Assembly (NCBI GenBank): GCA_964589735.1
Contig: CAZPUL010000008.1
Coordinates: 1,213-65,212 of the forward strand
Source of the DNA: an uncultured Verrucomicrobiota bacterium
Lineage (GTDB): Bacteria; Verrucomicrobiota; Verrucomicrobiia; Limisphaerales; JAEYXS01
Direction: 5' to 3'
Length of the DNA stretch: 64,000 nucleotides
Shown here: in pieces, positions 1 to 9,432 of the stretch
Layout: the number at the start of each line of letters is the position of its first letter
How positions within the stretch are numbered: position 1 is the first letter of the stretch
Position numbers and translations under genes: made by a program
Notes under the pieces: generated by a model
What the model saw: only the letters and a program-made list of their open reading frames with translations
Told to the model about the DNA's origin: nothing
Database searches by the model: none

Positions 1-26
1 TCAGGCAGGCTGAACTACACGCCTAC

Positions 27-1223
27 ATGTTCCCTACTGTCATTCCCCGCCCAGAACCTCAACGCCGTGATCTGCGTTCCCGTGATGACAGCCTGGCCTC
101 GCTGGGGCTGTTGGCCGGGCAGTTGGCTCATGATTTCAACAACCTGCTCGCCCCCATCCTCGGTTATTCCACCCTGATCAAGGAAGAGTTCCCGAACGAA
201 TCCACCGGCCAGCAGTTCGCCACCTCACTGGAAACGGCCGCGCGCCGGGCCGAAAAAATCCTCGAGCAGACTCTGCTGGCCACCCGGCCGCAAAGACGCT
301 TCTCCCCGCAGGAACTATCCTTCGACCAGCTCATCGCCGCCGAAGCCGCCAAATGGCGGGCCGAACTGCCCGTGACCGTCGGCATCGACCTGCAAGTCCA
401 GACCGTTCCTTGCACTTTGGTCGCAGATGAATATCACTGGCGGGTGGCGCTCCGGCATCTCTTGAACAATGCCCGCTATGGTTGCGCCATTGGCGGGCGC
501 ATTTCCGTCCTGGTCGAGTTGGTTGATTTGACCCCACCGGAAAGGAGCGACTTGGGACTGCCGGAAGGTCAGGTGATCCGTTTGCGCATTTCCGACGACG
601 GTTTCGGCATGTCCCCCGAAACGATCGCCCGGGCCTTCGAACCATTTTTTACCAACCGTCCCAAAGGTGCGGCCCAAGGCTTGGGCCTCACCGCCTGCCA
701 CAGCATCACGTACCTGCACGGCGGACAGATCGACCTTGTTTCTGCACCCAATGAAGGCACTCAGGTCACCATCTGGCTGCCCCGGCAATTTCTCACTCCC
801 AAGCCTGCTGCCCCCGCTCCGGACACCACCGCACGGCCTCAGGAGAGAAACGGCCAGCGCAAACGCGTGCTCATGGTCGATGACGACCCGCTCGTGCGTG
901 AAGTGATCAAGGCCGCCCTCATCAAGGCCGGCTATGAGGTGCTGACCGCCGATGATGGCCAGTCCGCCTGGAAGATGTTCTCCCGCTTTCACCGCGAACT
1001 CGGCGCCGTCCTCAGCGATTTCCGCATGCCCATCATGGATGGCGTCCAGTTGCTCAAGCAGATGCGCGAGTTGAATCCCGGCGTGCCGGTCCTGCTGCTC
1101 ACCGGTGACGTCTCTGGCGACTTGGAGAACAAGCTCAAGGAACACAATCTCTGGGTGGATGTCATCCCCAAACCCTGCCCGCTGGACAAGCTGATCGCAC
1201 AGATCGATCAGTTGCCCGCCTGA
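27..1223 (+). CDS. hybrid sensor histidine kinase (HisKA + HATPase_c + C-terminal receiver); no TM or sensor domain seen
   Basis: H-box 'LAHDFNNLLAPILGY'; ATPase G-boxes 'DDGFGM' and 'GLGLTACH'; receiver 'KRVLMVDDDPLVREV...DFRMPIMDG'. ATG at 27. Confidence 0.85.
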   Translation: MFPTVIPRPEPQRRDLRSRDDSLASLGLLAGQLAHDFNNLLAPILGYSTLIKEEFPNESTGQQFATSLETAARRAEKILEQTLLATRPQRRFSPQELSFDQLIAAEAAKWRAELPVTVGIDLQVQTVPCTLVADEYHWRVALRHLLNNARYGCAIGGRISVLVELVDLTPPERSDLGLPEGQVIRLRISDDGFGMSPETIARAFEPFFTNRPKGAAQGLGLTACHSITYLHGGQIDLVSAPNEGTQVTIWLPRQFLTPKPAAPAPDTTARPQERNGQRKRVLMVDDDPLVREVIKAALIKAGYEVLTADDGQSAWKMFSRFHRELGAVLSDFRMPIMDGVQLLKQMRELNPGVPVLLLTGDVSGDLENKLKEHNLWVDVIPKPCPLDKLIAQIDQLPA

Positions 1224-3179
1224 TCAGATCTGCAGGCCCTGCGCTTCGATAAATCCTTGCAGCTGCCGGATACGCGTGGGGTGCCGCATCTTCCTGAGTG
1301 CTTTCGCCTCGATCTGCCGGATGCGTTCGCGCGTCACCTTGAACTGCTTGCCCACTTCCTCCAACGTCCGCGCGTAGCCATCTCCCAGTCCGAAACGCAG
1401 TTCGAGCACCTTGCGCTCCCGCTCCGAGAGGCTGTCCAGCACGTTGCCCATCCGGTCTTTCAAGAGGCTGTAGCTCGTGACATCCGAGGGATTCTGCGCC
1501 GCCTTGTCCTCGATGAAATCACCGAAGCTGGTATCGTCACTGTCACCCACCGGCGATTGCAGTGAGATCGGTTGCTGCGCCATCTTCAAGATGGCCCGCA
1601 CCCGTTCCACCGGCAGATTCATGTCATCCGCCACTTCCTCCGGTGTGGGTTCCCGGCCGAAATCCTGCACCAGTTGCTTCTGCACCCGCATCAGCTTGTT
1701 GATCGTCTCGATCATGTGTACAGGTATGCGGATGGTCCGCGCCTGATCCGCGATAGACCGCGTGATCGCCTGCCGGATCCACCACGTCGCATAAGTGGAG
1801 AACTTGTACCCGCGACGATATTCGAATTTCTCCACCGCCTTCATGAGCCCCATGTTGCCCTCCTGGATAAGGTCGAGGAAGGACAGCCCACGATTCGTAT
1901 ATTTCTTGGCGATGGAAATGACCAGCCGGAGATTGGCCTCCACCATTTCCGTCTTGGCCTGCAAGGCCTTGGCCGACCACTCCAGCAATCCCTGATAGAG
2001 TTTCAGATAGGCATCTGCCGGCATCCGCACAAAATCTTCCAAGGCTTGTATCTTTTTTTCCTCCCCGTGCATGATCAATTGCACCTGTGCCGATTTCCTC
2101 TGTTTTTGCAGCTCGGCGATCAGTTTGCGACTGGCCTGGATCTTGTCATGGATGTTTTCCGCCACCACCGTCATCTCCTCGATGACCTTCTGCTTGTAGA
2201 AGAATTTGCCGAACGTCCGTTGCAGTTTGGTATCCAGTCGGCGGAACTCCTCTTCCAGCCGCGTGAGTTTTTTCTGGCTGGCCTTGCCTTCGGCCGTCCG
2301 CCAGTCGGCGTACGCCTCATCCACCTGCTGGTCCACCGCCCGCACATCCTTCACCAGTTTGCGCAACGCCTTGGTGTGTTTCTCCCGGCCTTCGATCTTT
2401 TTGTCCTGGATGACCCGGTCGAAGCGTTCCTTGGGCGGCTCGCAGATCAGCTTCTCTGCCAGTGCGATGTGCTCTTTCCCCGCAAAACCAAAACTGTGGA
2501 TGATCCGCGTGACTTCCGCCTCCGCATCCTCGATCCGCTTGGATATCTCCACCTCCTGCTCTCGCGTCAGGAGCGCCACCTGCCCCATCTGCTTGAGGTA
2601 CATCCGGACCGGGTCATCGAGGATGTCCATCTTCCCCTTTTCAAACTCCTCCTCAGGTTCCGCCTGCTTCACCTGATCCACCTCCGCCTGATCCACGATG
2701 TCCACCTCCAGACCGCGCAGGCGGCTGCACACCTCGTCCAGATCTTCCCGGGTGACGAGGTTGTCCGGCAAGGCATCACTGATATCGCCATGCGTCAGGT
2801 AGCCCTGCTCCTGCGCCAACCGCAGCAGTTCCTTCAGTTTTTCCGTGAGATCAACTCCCGCCTGGCTGCGGAATGGCTCGGCGATATGCACCGCTCCATC
2901 TCCGTTCAAGTTTGGCAATGGGGCGGCCGCCAGAGCCGCCTCCAGCTTCGCCTGAGACATGTCGTCTGGCGCAGCTTTGCGTGCCGTTGGGACCGTGACC
3001 TTACCCTTGACCGGTACCGACAGCTCCGCCTTCGCGGGCTTGCCATTTCTCGCCTTGGCCTTCAACGGCTTCTTGGACGGCATGGGCTTGGCCTTGGCCT
3101 TGCGCACCGCTTTCGCGGGCTTGCGGGTGGCAGCTTTCTTTTGAACGACCTTTTTCGCTTTGGCTTTGGACTTGGCCAT
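1224..3179 (-). CDS. rpoD: primary RNA polymerase sigma factor RpoD (sigma-70) with a Lys/Ala-rich N-terminal tail
   Basis: Region 2 '[56 protein letters not shown]' and region 4 '[30 protein letters not shown]'. ATG at 3179. Confidence 0.95.
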   Translation of the reverse strand: MAKSKAKAKKVVQKKAATRKPAKAVRKAKAKPMPSKKPLKAKARNGKPAKAELSVPVKGKVTVPTARKAAPDDMSQAKLEAALAAAPLPNLNGDGAVHIAEPFRSQAGVDLTEKLKELLRLAQEQGYLTHGDISDALPDNLVTREDLDEVCSRLRGLEVDIVDQAEVDQVKQAEPEEEFEKGKMDILDDPVRMYLKQMGQVALLTREQEVEISKRIEDAEAEVTRIIHSFGFAGKEHIALAEKLICEPPKERFDRVIQDKKIEGREKHTKALRKLVKDVRAVDQQVDEAYADWRTAEGKASQKKLTRLEEEFRRLDTKLQRTFGKFFYKQKVIEEMTVVAENIHDKIQASRKLIAELQKQRKSAQVQLIMHGEEKKIQALEDFVRMPADAYLKLYQGLLEWSAKALQAKTEMVEANLRLVISIAKKYTNRGLSFLDLIQEGNMGLMKAVEKFEYRRGYKFSTYATWWIRQAITRSIADQARTIRIPVHMIETINKLMRVQKQLVQDFGREPTPEEVADDMNLPVERVRAILKMAQQPISLQSPVGDSDDTSFGDFIEDKAAQNPSDVTSYSLLKDRMGNVLDSLSERERKVLELRFGLGDGYARTLEEVGKQFKVTRERIRQIEAKALRKMRHPTRIRQLQGFIEAQGLQI

Positions 3180-3299
3180 AGTTACCTCAGTTCAACGGGT
3201 CTGCTCTATCTGCCCAATCACTGGGCAATATCTTGGGTCCGCCCCTTCCGGTCAAGTGACACACCCAAATTTTCCCGGCCGCCTGTTACGTCCTTTAAA

Positions 3300-4511
3300 T
3301 CAGCGGCTTACGTCCACGCACACCAAGTCACCCTTGGCGTTGCGGGCAAAAATCTTGCCATTCGCCAGCACCGGGGCGGTCCAGCACTTGCCCCCCAGCA
3401 CCTGCGCCCGGGCCAACGGCTTGAACCCCTCCGGCGCTGCTTCCACCACCAGCAACTCGCCCTTTTCACTCAGCACGATCAGTTTGTTGTTCGCCGTGGC
3501 GCTCAGCGCCCCTACTCCCAATCCGTCCTGCTTCCACTTCACCTCACCACTACGCAAGTCCAGGCATCGTAAATCACCCGGCTTGCCCGCCGAACCATGG
3601 AAGACATACATGTGGTCTTGGAACAGCACCCCGGCATTCATATGCACTCGTGTATCTTCCGAGCGCCACAACACTTCCGGGCGGCCATCCAATATTTTTA
3701 ACAGCAACCCCGGCTGGCTGTGTGATGACAGAAAAATCCGCCCGCCATAGATCAACGGGTCCGTCGCGTTCGTGTCATACTCCGTCTGGAAGGGAAACCG
3801 CCACAGCTCCTTCCCGTTCTTCATATCCACCGCCACCAGTTCGCGATGCGACAAGATCAATGCTGGCCGTTGCTGGCTGGCGCTGAACGGCAGCGGCGAG
3901 GCATAAGCTGCTGGACCATTCGTCGAGGCCCAAAGCACTTTGCCATTCGTTTTATTGATGGCCACGCCCGCACTGCCCATGTTCAAGATCAGCGACCGCC
4001 CTTCCACCAACGGTGCTCCCGCAAAACCCCATTCCGGCACTTTGGCTCCGACTTCCTGCGCCAAGTTCTTTTGCCACAAAATCTTTCCCGTGGCCGCATT
4101 GAAGGCAAACATCTCCCCCTGCCGTCCCAGCACATAAGCGACCTCGCCCTCGATCGTCGGGGTCGTGCTTGTGCCGCCTTCGTAATAATGCGCGTTCAGC
4201 GGCTCGGGATAACTGTGCTTCCAGATCTCCTTCCCGCTGCTCGCATCCAGACAATAGACCGTGGCAGTATCCCCTTCACTGCCCAGCGTGAACACGCGTC
4301 CATTCGCCACCGCCACGCCCGAAAACCCTTGGCCCACAGCCGCTTTCCACAACCGCTTGGGACCATTGGCCGGCCAGTTCCAGCTCCAGCCGGTTTCCGT
4401 CGAGATGCCATTCTGATGGGGACCGCGAAACCGGGGCCAGTCATCGGCCCGTACCATACCCGCGAGGAGCAGGCAGAGCACGGCTGCGATGAGGCAGCGG
4501 TGGTGAGACAT
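3300..4511 (-). CDS. exported PQQ-like beta-propeller repeat protein (BamB/YfgL-like fold)
   Basis: Signal peptide 'MSHHRCLIAAVLCLLLAGMVRA' followed by 'DDWPRFRGPHQNG...' and repeated propeller blades. The internal ATG at 4511 is preferred over the ORF-track start at 4685. Confidence 0.75.
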   Translation of the reverse strand: MSHHRCLIAAVLCLLLAGMVRADDWPRFRGPHQNGISTETGWSWNWPANGPKRLWKAAVGQGFSGVAVANGRVFTLGSEGDTATVYCLDASSGKEIWKHSYPEPLNAHYYEGGTSTTPTIEGEVAYVLGRQGEMFAFNAATGKILWQKNLAQEVGAKVPEWGFAGAPLVEGRSLILNMGSAGVAINKTNGKVLWASTNGPAAYASPLPFSASQQRPALILSHRELVAVDMKNGKELWRFPFQTEYDTNATDPLIYGGRIFLSSHSQPGLLLKILDGRPEVLWRSEDTRVHMNAGVLFQDHMYVFHGSAGKPGDLRCLDLRSGEVKWKQDGLGVGALSATANNKLIVLSEKGELLVVEAAPEGFKPLARAQVLGGKCWTAPVLANGKIFARNAKGDLVCVDVSR

Positions 4512-4582
4512 GCCGCTGAGGTAGCCAGCCCGCGCTTGCTTGTCAATGGCAACCCTTTGCCCGTCCTTATCTTTCGCTAGTC

Positions 4583-6199
4583 TCATGGCGACTTCGGCTT
4601 CTCCGCCGCCTCCGCAGATTTCGCCTTGATGGCCACCGTGATCCAACCGTCCAAAGTCGCCGCCATCGTGGATGACGTACCCCATTGATTGGTCAGGCTG
4701 CTGTAAGTCTGCACCCGGCCACCCCCCACCGGCTTGATGCTCTCCACCCGGACTTGATAAATGCTCCCCGGCACCAGACTGTCGTCCGCTTTGAACTGCA
4801 ACGTCCCCTCCTTCTTCTTCGCTTCGATGACCGCCTTGGACAAAGTCAACCCTTCGACCTTCGGCTCCATGGCAAACTCAATCGCTTCGTCATAACCCAA
4901 TCGCTCCACGCCCACTTTTAGCTCCGCCGTGCCGCCTTGGGCCACGACCACTTTGCCCGTCTCATTCGTCGCCACAAAGACGGTCTTGGACGGTCGGATG
5001 CTCAACCGGTATCCTTGCTCCGGCCCGCTAAGTCGCGCGATGTGGCTCACCCGCAGGAACAGTTTCCCCTCCGCACTGGCCGTCGTTTCCAAGCCGCCTT
5101 CATCCTCGGCCGCCACTTTGCTCGTCGCCAATTCCTTGCCATCGGCACTATGCGCGCTCAATCTCACATCAGAGGGCAGCCCCAAGCGCCTCGTCTGCGC
5201 CTGCACCCGAAACTTCTCGCCCTTCTTCGCCTCCCACGCGAACCAGTCCACATCGCCTGTCTGCTCAAATCGGCCTGACACCTCGGCGGTTCCCGACAAG
5301 GCATTCGCCTTGGCTTGCTGATCATTCGGTTCCGTCTCGCTCTGCACATCCGTTGCGTCGATCGGTATCGTCACTAACGCCGCCGGCTTGCCCGCTGCCA
5401 GACGCGGCGCGTGCCATTGCGCGATGCCGACCGGCGACGGCTTGCTGGCCAATCCTTTGCTCGTCGCATCCGGCCCGTACCAGACCGATTCTCCCTTCGC
5501 ATTGCGATAGACGAAATTAACCTGCGGGATATCCCCCAAGCGCAAGGCATATACATGCTGGTCACCACCCTGATAAAAGCTGTCCCGCACTTCTATGATG
5601 ATCGTCTGCTCTTTTTTCGCTGTGTAACGCAATCGGCTGTCCTTCCCCAAGCCCGGCTCATCTTCATTGAAGGCCAGTTGCCGTCCCTGCTCATCCAGCA
5701 CGCGGATCATCGGGTCCAGCTTCGAGAGCAGGCGCTGCGCCAGCACTTCCATCGTGACCGCTTCGCCCGCCGCCAGCTTCACTTTATAGAACTCGCTTTT
5801 GTTCGCCTGAATCGTTCCCGTCAGGATTAACGCTCCCTTCAGTTCCAACGCCTTGGCGCGCGCGTCGTTGCCGCGATCTTTCCGTGCCACCAACGGCAAA
5901 TCATCGATGATGACGGTTTGCCAGGGCGTGACGTTGTCTCCTGTGAAGGCACGCAAAAAATGGATTCCGAGCGGCGCTTCCTTCGCCGGACGCATCCGCG
6001 ATTCCCCCTCTTTGGCCTCCATCTCGATGGGAAAACTCGTCCAGAACTTTACCTGACTCAGCAGCTTGGCCGCTGCCCCCTTGGAAATGGTCCATTCGCC
6101 CGGCTTCAGCACCATCGGCTCATTGGGCAGCCGCTCCTGGGCACAAGCCACCCCGATGAATGCCATGCTGGAAAAAATCGCCCACACCCCTTTTGTCAT
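4583..6199 (-). CDS. exported protein with pre-peptidase C-terminal (PPC)-like domains; function unknown
   Basis: Signal peptide 'MTKGVWAIFSSMAFIGVACAQ'. PPC-like signatures 'EPNDQQAKANAL...GDVDWFAWEAKKGEKFRV' and 'SEFYKVKLAAGEAVTMEV'. ATG at 6199 chosen because the upstream part of the ORF overlaps the DUF1501 gene. Confidence 0.6.
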   Translation of the reverse strand: MTKGVWAIFSSMAFIGVACAQERLPNEPMVLKPGEWTISKGAAAKLLSQVKFWTSFPIEMEAKEGESRMRPAKEAPLGIHFLRAFTGDNVTPWQTVIIDDLPLVARKDRGNDARAKALELKGALILTGTIQANKSEFYKVKLAAGEAVTMEVLAQRLLSKLDPMIRVLDEQGRQLAFNEDEPGLGKDSRLRYTAKKEQTIIIEVRDSFYQGGDQHVYALRLGDIPQVNFVYRNAKGESVWYGPDATSKGLASKPSPVGIAQWHAPRLAAGKPAALVTIPIDATDVQSETEPNDQQAKANALSGTAEVSGRFEQTGDVDWFAWEAKKGEKFRVQAQTRRLGLPSDVRLSAHSADGKELATSKVAAEDEGGLETTASAEGKLFLRVSHIARLSGPEQGYRLSIRPSKTVFVATNETGKVVVAQGGTAELKVGVERLGYDEAIEFAMEPKVEGLTLSKAVIEAKKKEGTLQFKADDSLVPGSIYQVRVESIKPVGGGRVQTYSSLTNQWGTSSTMAATLDGWITVAIKAKSAEAAEKPKSP

Positions 6200-6257
6200 C
6201 CGGCTGAATCTGTCGCTCAATCCCCACATTACACACATCCCCCTGAAGATTATGTCC

Positions 6258-7664
6258 TCATGCCATGATATCCATGATCGGTTTGCCCGTAGTGATGGCC
6301 AAGGGCCGGTTCGCGGCATCGTGAACCTCCGTATGCGGATCGATGCCCAGCAGATAATACATCGTCGCCGCGATGTCATCCGGCCGCACTGGATTCTCCG
6401 CCGGATACGCGCCGTTCTTGTCGGAGGCACCGTAGATATGCCCGCGCTTGATGCCCCCACCCGCCAGCAACACCGAGTAGCATTGCGGCCAGTGGTCGCG
6501 GCTCACGTCCTTGTTGATGAACGGCGTGCGCCCGAACTCGCCCATCCACACCACCAGCGTGGAATCCAGCATCCCGCGCTCTTCCAGGTCAATGAGCAAC
6601 GTCGGCAGCGTCTGGTCCGTCATCGGCAGATGATACTTCTGGATGATCGGGAACATCCGTGTGTTATCAAACCCATGCGTGTCCCAGCCGCCTGAGGTAT
6701 CGCTGCGCCCGCCGATGCTCGATGAAAAATAGACCGTCGTGAACTTCGCCCCCGCCTCTGTCAACCGCCGCGCCAGCAGGCAGCTTTGCCCGTAGGTCGA
6801 GCGCCCATACGAATCCCGCACCTTCTGCGGCTCCGCTGCGATGTTGAACGCATCCCGCAATTGCGTGGAGTCCAGCATCCCGAACGCCTTCTCGTAATAC
6901 GCATCCAGCCCCTTCGCCGTCGCCGAGATCTCGTTTAACCGCGACTGCTTGTCGATGATCTGCTGCAACTGCCGCCGGTCCCGCAACCGCTCCATCGAGA
7001 GATTCGCCGGCAGGCTCAACTCCGGCAGCGCAAAGTTCGCGGAGTTCGGATCCTGCGTGAAGAGATACGGATCATGTTCCTTGCCCAAAAAGCTCGCGTG
7101 CTGGCCCGGCGTCACCGAGCCATCCGAGATCACATACGGATACGCGATCGAGGTCGGCATCTCGCCGCGATTCGGCGCCAAGGCATCCACCACCGACCCA
7201 TAAGCCGGGAACAGCTCGATCGAATCCCGCAACCGCTGGTCATCCACCACCGGCGAACGCCCCGTCAGCGCGTAATACCCGGCCGAGTTGTGGTTCTTCA
7301 TCGTGTGATACACCGACCGCACGACCGTCACCTTGTCCATCACCTTCGCCAACCGCTCCAGCCCCTCACACAAATGCAGACCTGGCACCGATGTCTTGAT
7401 CGCTGAAAGCGGTCCCCGCACCCCTTCCGGCGCATTAGGCTTCCGGTCGAACATGTCCACATGACTCGGCCCACCCCATTGGAAAAGAAAAATGACCGAC
7501 TTCGCCTTCGACTTAAGCGTCTTTTTGACCGCCTCCGCCCGCAAAAGCCCCGGCAACGTCATCCCCAGCATGCCTAGCCCGCCCACCTTAAGTATTTGGC
7601 GGCGAGACATTTGGGTTTGCAGATAGCTGCTGCAAGCCGATGTACGTGGTCGATTTTGGCTCAT
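6258..7664 (-). CDS. DUF1501 family protein (sulfatase-like fold, Tat signal)
   Basis: 'MSRRQILKVGGLGMLGMTLPGLL' Tat-like leader, then 'VIFLFQWGGPSHVDMFDRKP...WDTHG...GEFGRTP', typical of PVC DUF1501 proteins. An alternative ATG lies at 7610. Confidence 0.85.
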   Translation of the reverse strand: MSQNRPRTSACSSYLQTQMSRRQILKVGGLGMLGMTLPGLLRAEAVKKTLKSKAKSVIFLFQWGGPSHVDMFDRKPNAPEGVRGPLSAIKTSVPGLHLCEGLERLAKVMDKVTVVRSVYHTMKNHNSAGYYALTGRSPVVDDQRLRDSIELFPAYGSVVDALAPNRGEMPTSIAYPYVISDGSVTPGQHASFLGKEHDPYLFTQDPNSANFALPELSLPANLSMERLRDRRQLQQIIDKQSRLNEISATAKGLDAYYEKAFGMLDSTQLRDAFNIAAEPQKVRDSYGRSTYGQSCLLARRLTEAGAKFTTVYFSSSIGGRSDTSGGWDTHGFDNTRMFPIIQKYHLPMTDQTLPTLLIDLEERGMLDSTLVVWMGEFGRTPFINKDVSRDHWPQCYSVLLAGGGIKRGHIYGASDKNGAYPAENPVRPDDIAATMYYLLGIDPHTEVHDAANRPLAITTGKPIMDIMA

Positions 7665-7900
7665 GACTCTCTCAATTCGACGTTTTCACACCCTAGTTCC
7701 TTCAACGAACTTCTTCTCCGTATCCGGGCGCAAAAAAGTATTGGTGACTCATCACCACTACCATTATCAGACGCCCTCATGCAAGGCACGGTTACCCCCA
7801 TTTTCCCCCGCCTTTCGTTCTCGTCCTGAACCCCGTGCCGTCAGGTCGGGGCGTTCTCGAATCCCTTTTCTCGTTCTTCATACCTCGCACCTTACCAAGC

Positions 7901-7927
7901 CCAGTATGACATCCGCTGTCATACTGG
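7901..7927. promoter_or_regulatory. perfect 11-bp inverted repeat (CCAGTATGACA-n5-TGTCATACTGG) in a divergent promoter region
   Basis: Read directly from the sequence. It lies between the divergently transcribed DUF1501 gene and the Gfo/Idh/MocA gene. No U-tract follows on either strand, so it is not an intrinsic terminator. Confidence 0.4.
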
Positions 7928-8000
7928 AAAAATAATTCAAAAAATCCCACCGCCACAATTCCCCTATGTTTTCTCTGTTGTCTCCTGTTAAAACCGGCTT

Positions 8001-8040
8001 GAACTTTGAGCTTTGAACTTCCCCCCATTTCCTTTCCCAT
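8001..8040 (+). repeat. copy 1 of a shared upstream motif: tandem YTTTGA heptads plus a C-run/ATTT..TTTCCCAT block
   Basis: 'GAACTTTGAGCTTTGAACTTCCCCCCATTTCCTTTCCCAT' ends 8 nt before the ATG at 8048. There is a near-identical core at 9574-9616. Confidence 0.55.
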
Positions 8041-8047
8041 ATTCCCC

Positions 8048-9400
8048 ATGAACCGCCGCCAATTTCTCCGTGACAGCTCTGCCGCCGTCGCCTTGACTGC
8101 CGCCGCCAGTTACGTCCCCACCACCTTTGCCGCCGACAAGCCCAAACGCGTCGGCCTCATCGGCTGCGGCTGGTATGGTAAAAGCGATCTCCTGCGCCTC
8201 GTGCAAGTCGCCCCCGTCGAAGTCGTCTCGCTCTGCGACGTCGATAAGAACATGTTGAACGACTGCGCCGACCTCGTCTCCACCCGCCAGGCCTCGAAGA
8301 AAAAGCCGCGCACCTACGCGGACTACCGCAAGATGCTCGCGGAAAAAGATCTCGATATCGTCCTCATCGCCACCCCCGATCACTGGCACGCCCTGGCCAT
8401 GATCGATGCCGTGAAAGCCGGTGCCGATGTCTATGTTCAAAAACCCACCAGCGTGGACGTCGTCGAAAGCCAGGCCATGCTCGCCGCCGCTCGCAAGTAT
8501 AAACGCGTCGTGCAAGTCGGCACCCAACGCCGCAGCACGCCGCATCTCATCGAGGCCCGCGACCAGATCATCAAGACCGGCAAGCTCGGCAAGATCGCCC
8601 ACGTGGAGATCTGCTGCTACTACCAGATGCGCGCGCGGAATAATCCGCCGGACATCGCACCGCCGGAAAATCTCGACTACGAGATGTGGACTGGCCCTGC
8701 ACCGATGCGTCCTTATAACGACCTCATTCACCCCCGTCGTTGGCGCGCCTTCATGGAATACGGAAATGGCATCGTGGGCGATATGTGCATCCACATGCTC
8801 GACATGGTCCGCTGGATGCTCGATCTCGGCGCGCCCCATCGCGTCAGCTCCAGCGGCGGCATCCTCATGGACAAGCAGAGCAAGGCGAACATCTCGGACA
8901 CCCAGACCGCCACCTTTGAATTCCCCGGCCTCAACGTTGTCTGGACTCATCGCACCTGGGGCGCACCCCCTGACCCCGAGTATCCTTGGGCCGCCATCAT
9001 CTACGGCGAAAACGGCACCCTCAAAGCCAGTGTGAACAAATACGATTTCATCCCGCGCGGCAAAGGCCAGGCCATCAAGAAAGATGTCGTTATGGAGCTG
9101 GAACAATATCCCGAGGACAAAGACGAGAAAGATTTGGAGAAACACGTCGCCCCCGCGATCCGTGGCCACATGAAAGACTTCCTCGCCGCCATCGAGAGCC
9201 GCAGCAAGCCCGTCGCGGACATCGAGCAAGGCGTCATCTCCAGCATCGCCAGTATCCTCGCGAACGTCTCGCTGGAAGCCGGCCGCTCCCTGCAATGGGA
9301 TGCCGTCAAAGGCCAGATCGTCAACGACCCCGAAGCCAACAAACTTCTCATGCGCACTTACCGCGCTCCGTGGACTCACCCCACCCCGGATAAAGTTTGA
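8048..9400 (+). CDS. Tat-exported Gfo/Idh/MocA family oxidoreductase
   Basis: 'MNRRQFLRDSSAAVALTAAA' Tat leader and Rossmann motif 'RVGLIGCGWYGKSD'. ATG at 8048 confirmed. Confidence 0.85.
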   Translation: MNRRQFLRDSSAAVALTAAASYVPTTFAADKPKRVGLIGCGWYGKSDLLRLVQVAPVEVVSLCDVDKNMLNDCADLVSTRQASKKKPRTYADYRKMLAEKDLDIVLIATPDHWHALAMIDAVKAGADVYVQKPTSVDVVESQAMLAAARKYKRVVQVGTQRRSTPHLIEARDQIIKTGKLGKIAHVEICCYYQMRARNNPPDIAPPENLDYEMWTGPAPMRPYNDLIHPRRWRAFMEYGNGIVGDMCIHMLDMVRWMLDLGAPHRVSSSGGILMDKQSKANISDTQTATFEFPGLNVVWTHRTWGAPPDPEYPWAAIIYGENGTLKASVNKYDFIPRGKGQAIKKDVVMELEQYPEDKDEKDLEKHVAPAIRGHMKDFLAAIESRSKPVADIEQGVISSIASILANVSLEAGRSLQWDAVKGQIVNDPEANKLLMRTYRAPWTHPTPDKV

Positions 9401-9432
9401 GCAGAGCGCCCGTCTCCGCCCCACCACCGTAA

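Noticed and set aside
1572-3572. A 666-aa ORF on the plus strand, and similar very long ORFs at 7988-9427(-), 12131-13558(+), 18994-20022(-), 28264-29259(+), 38345-39424(-), 54457-56151(+) and 59847-61157(+)
   Set aside because: Each lies antisense to a gene with unmistakable family motifs (rpoD, Gfo/Idh/MocA, sulfatase, MscS, ndk/cysK and others). Their translations are Arg/His/Leu/Pro-rich low-complexity strings, typical of shadow ORFs in GC-rich DNA. Several run across real intergenic terminators.
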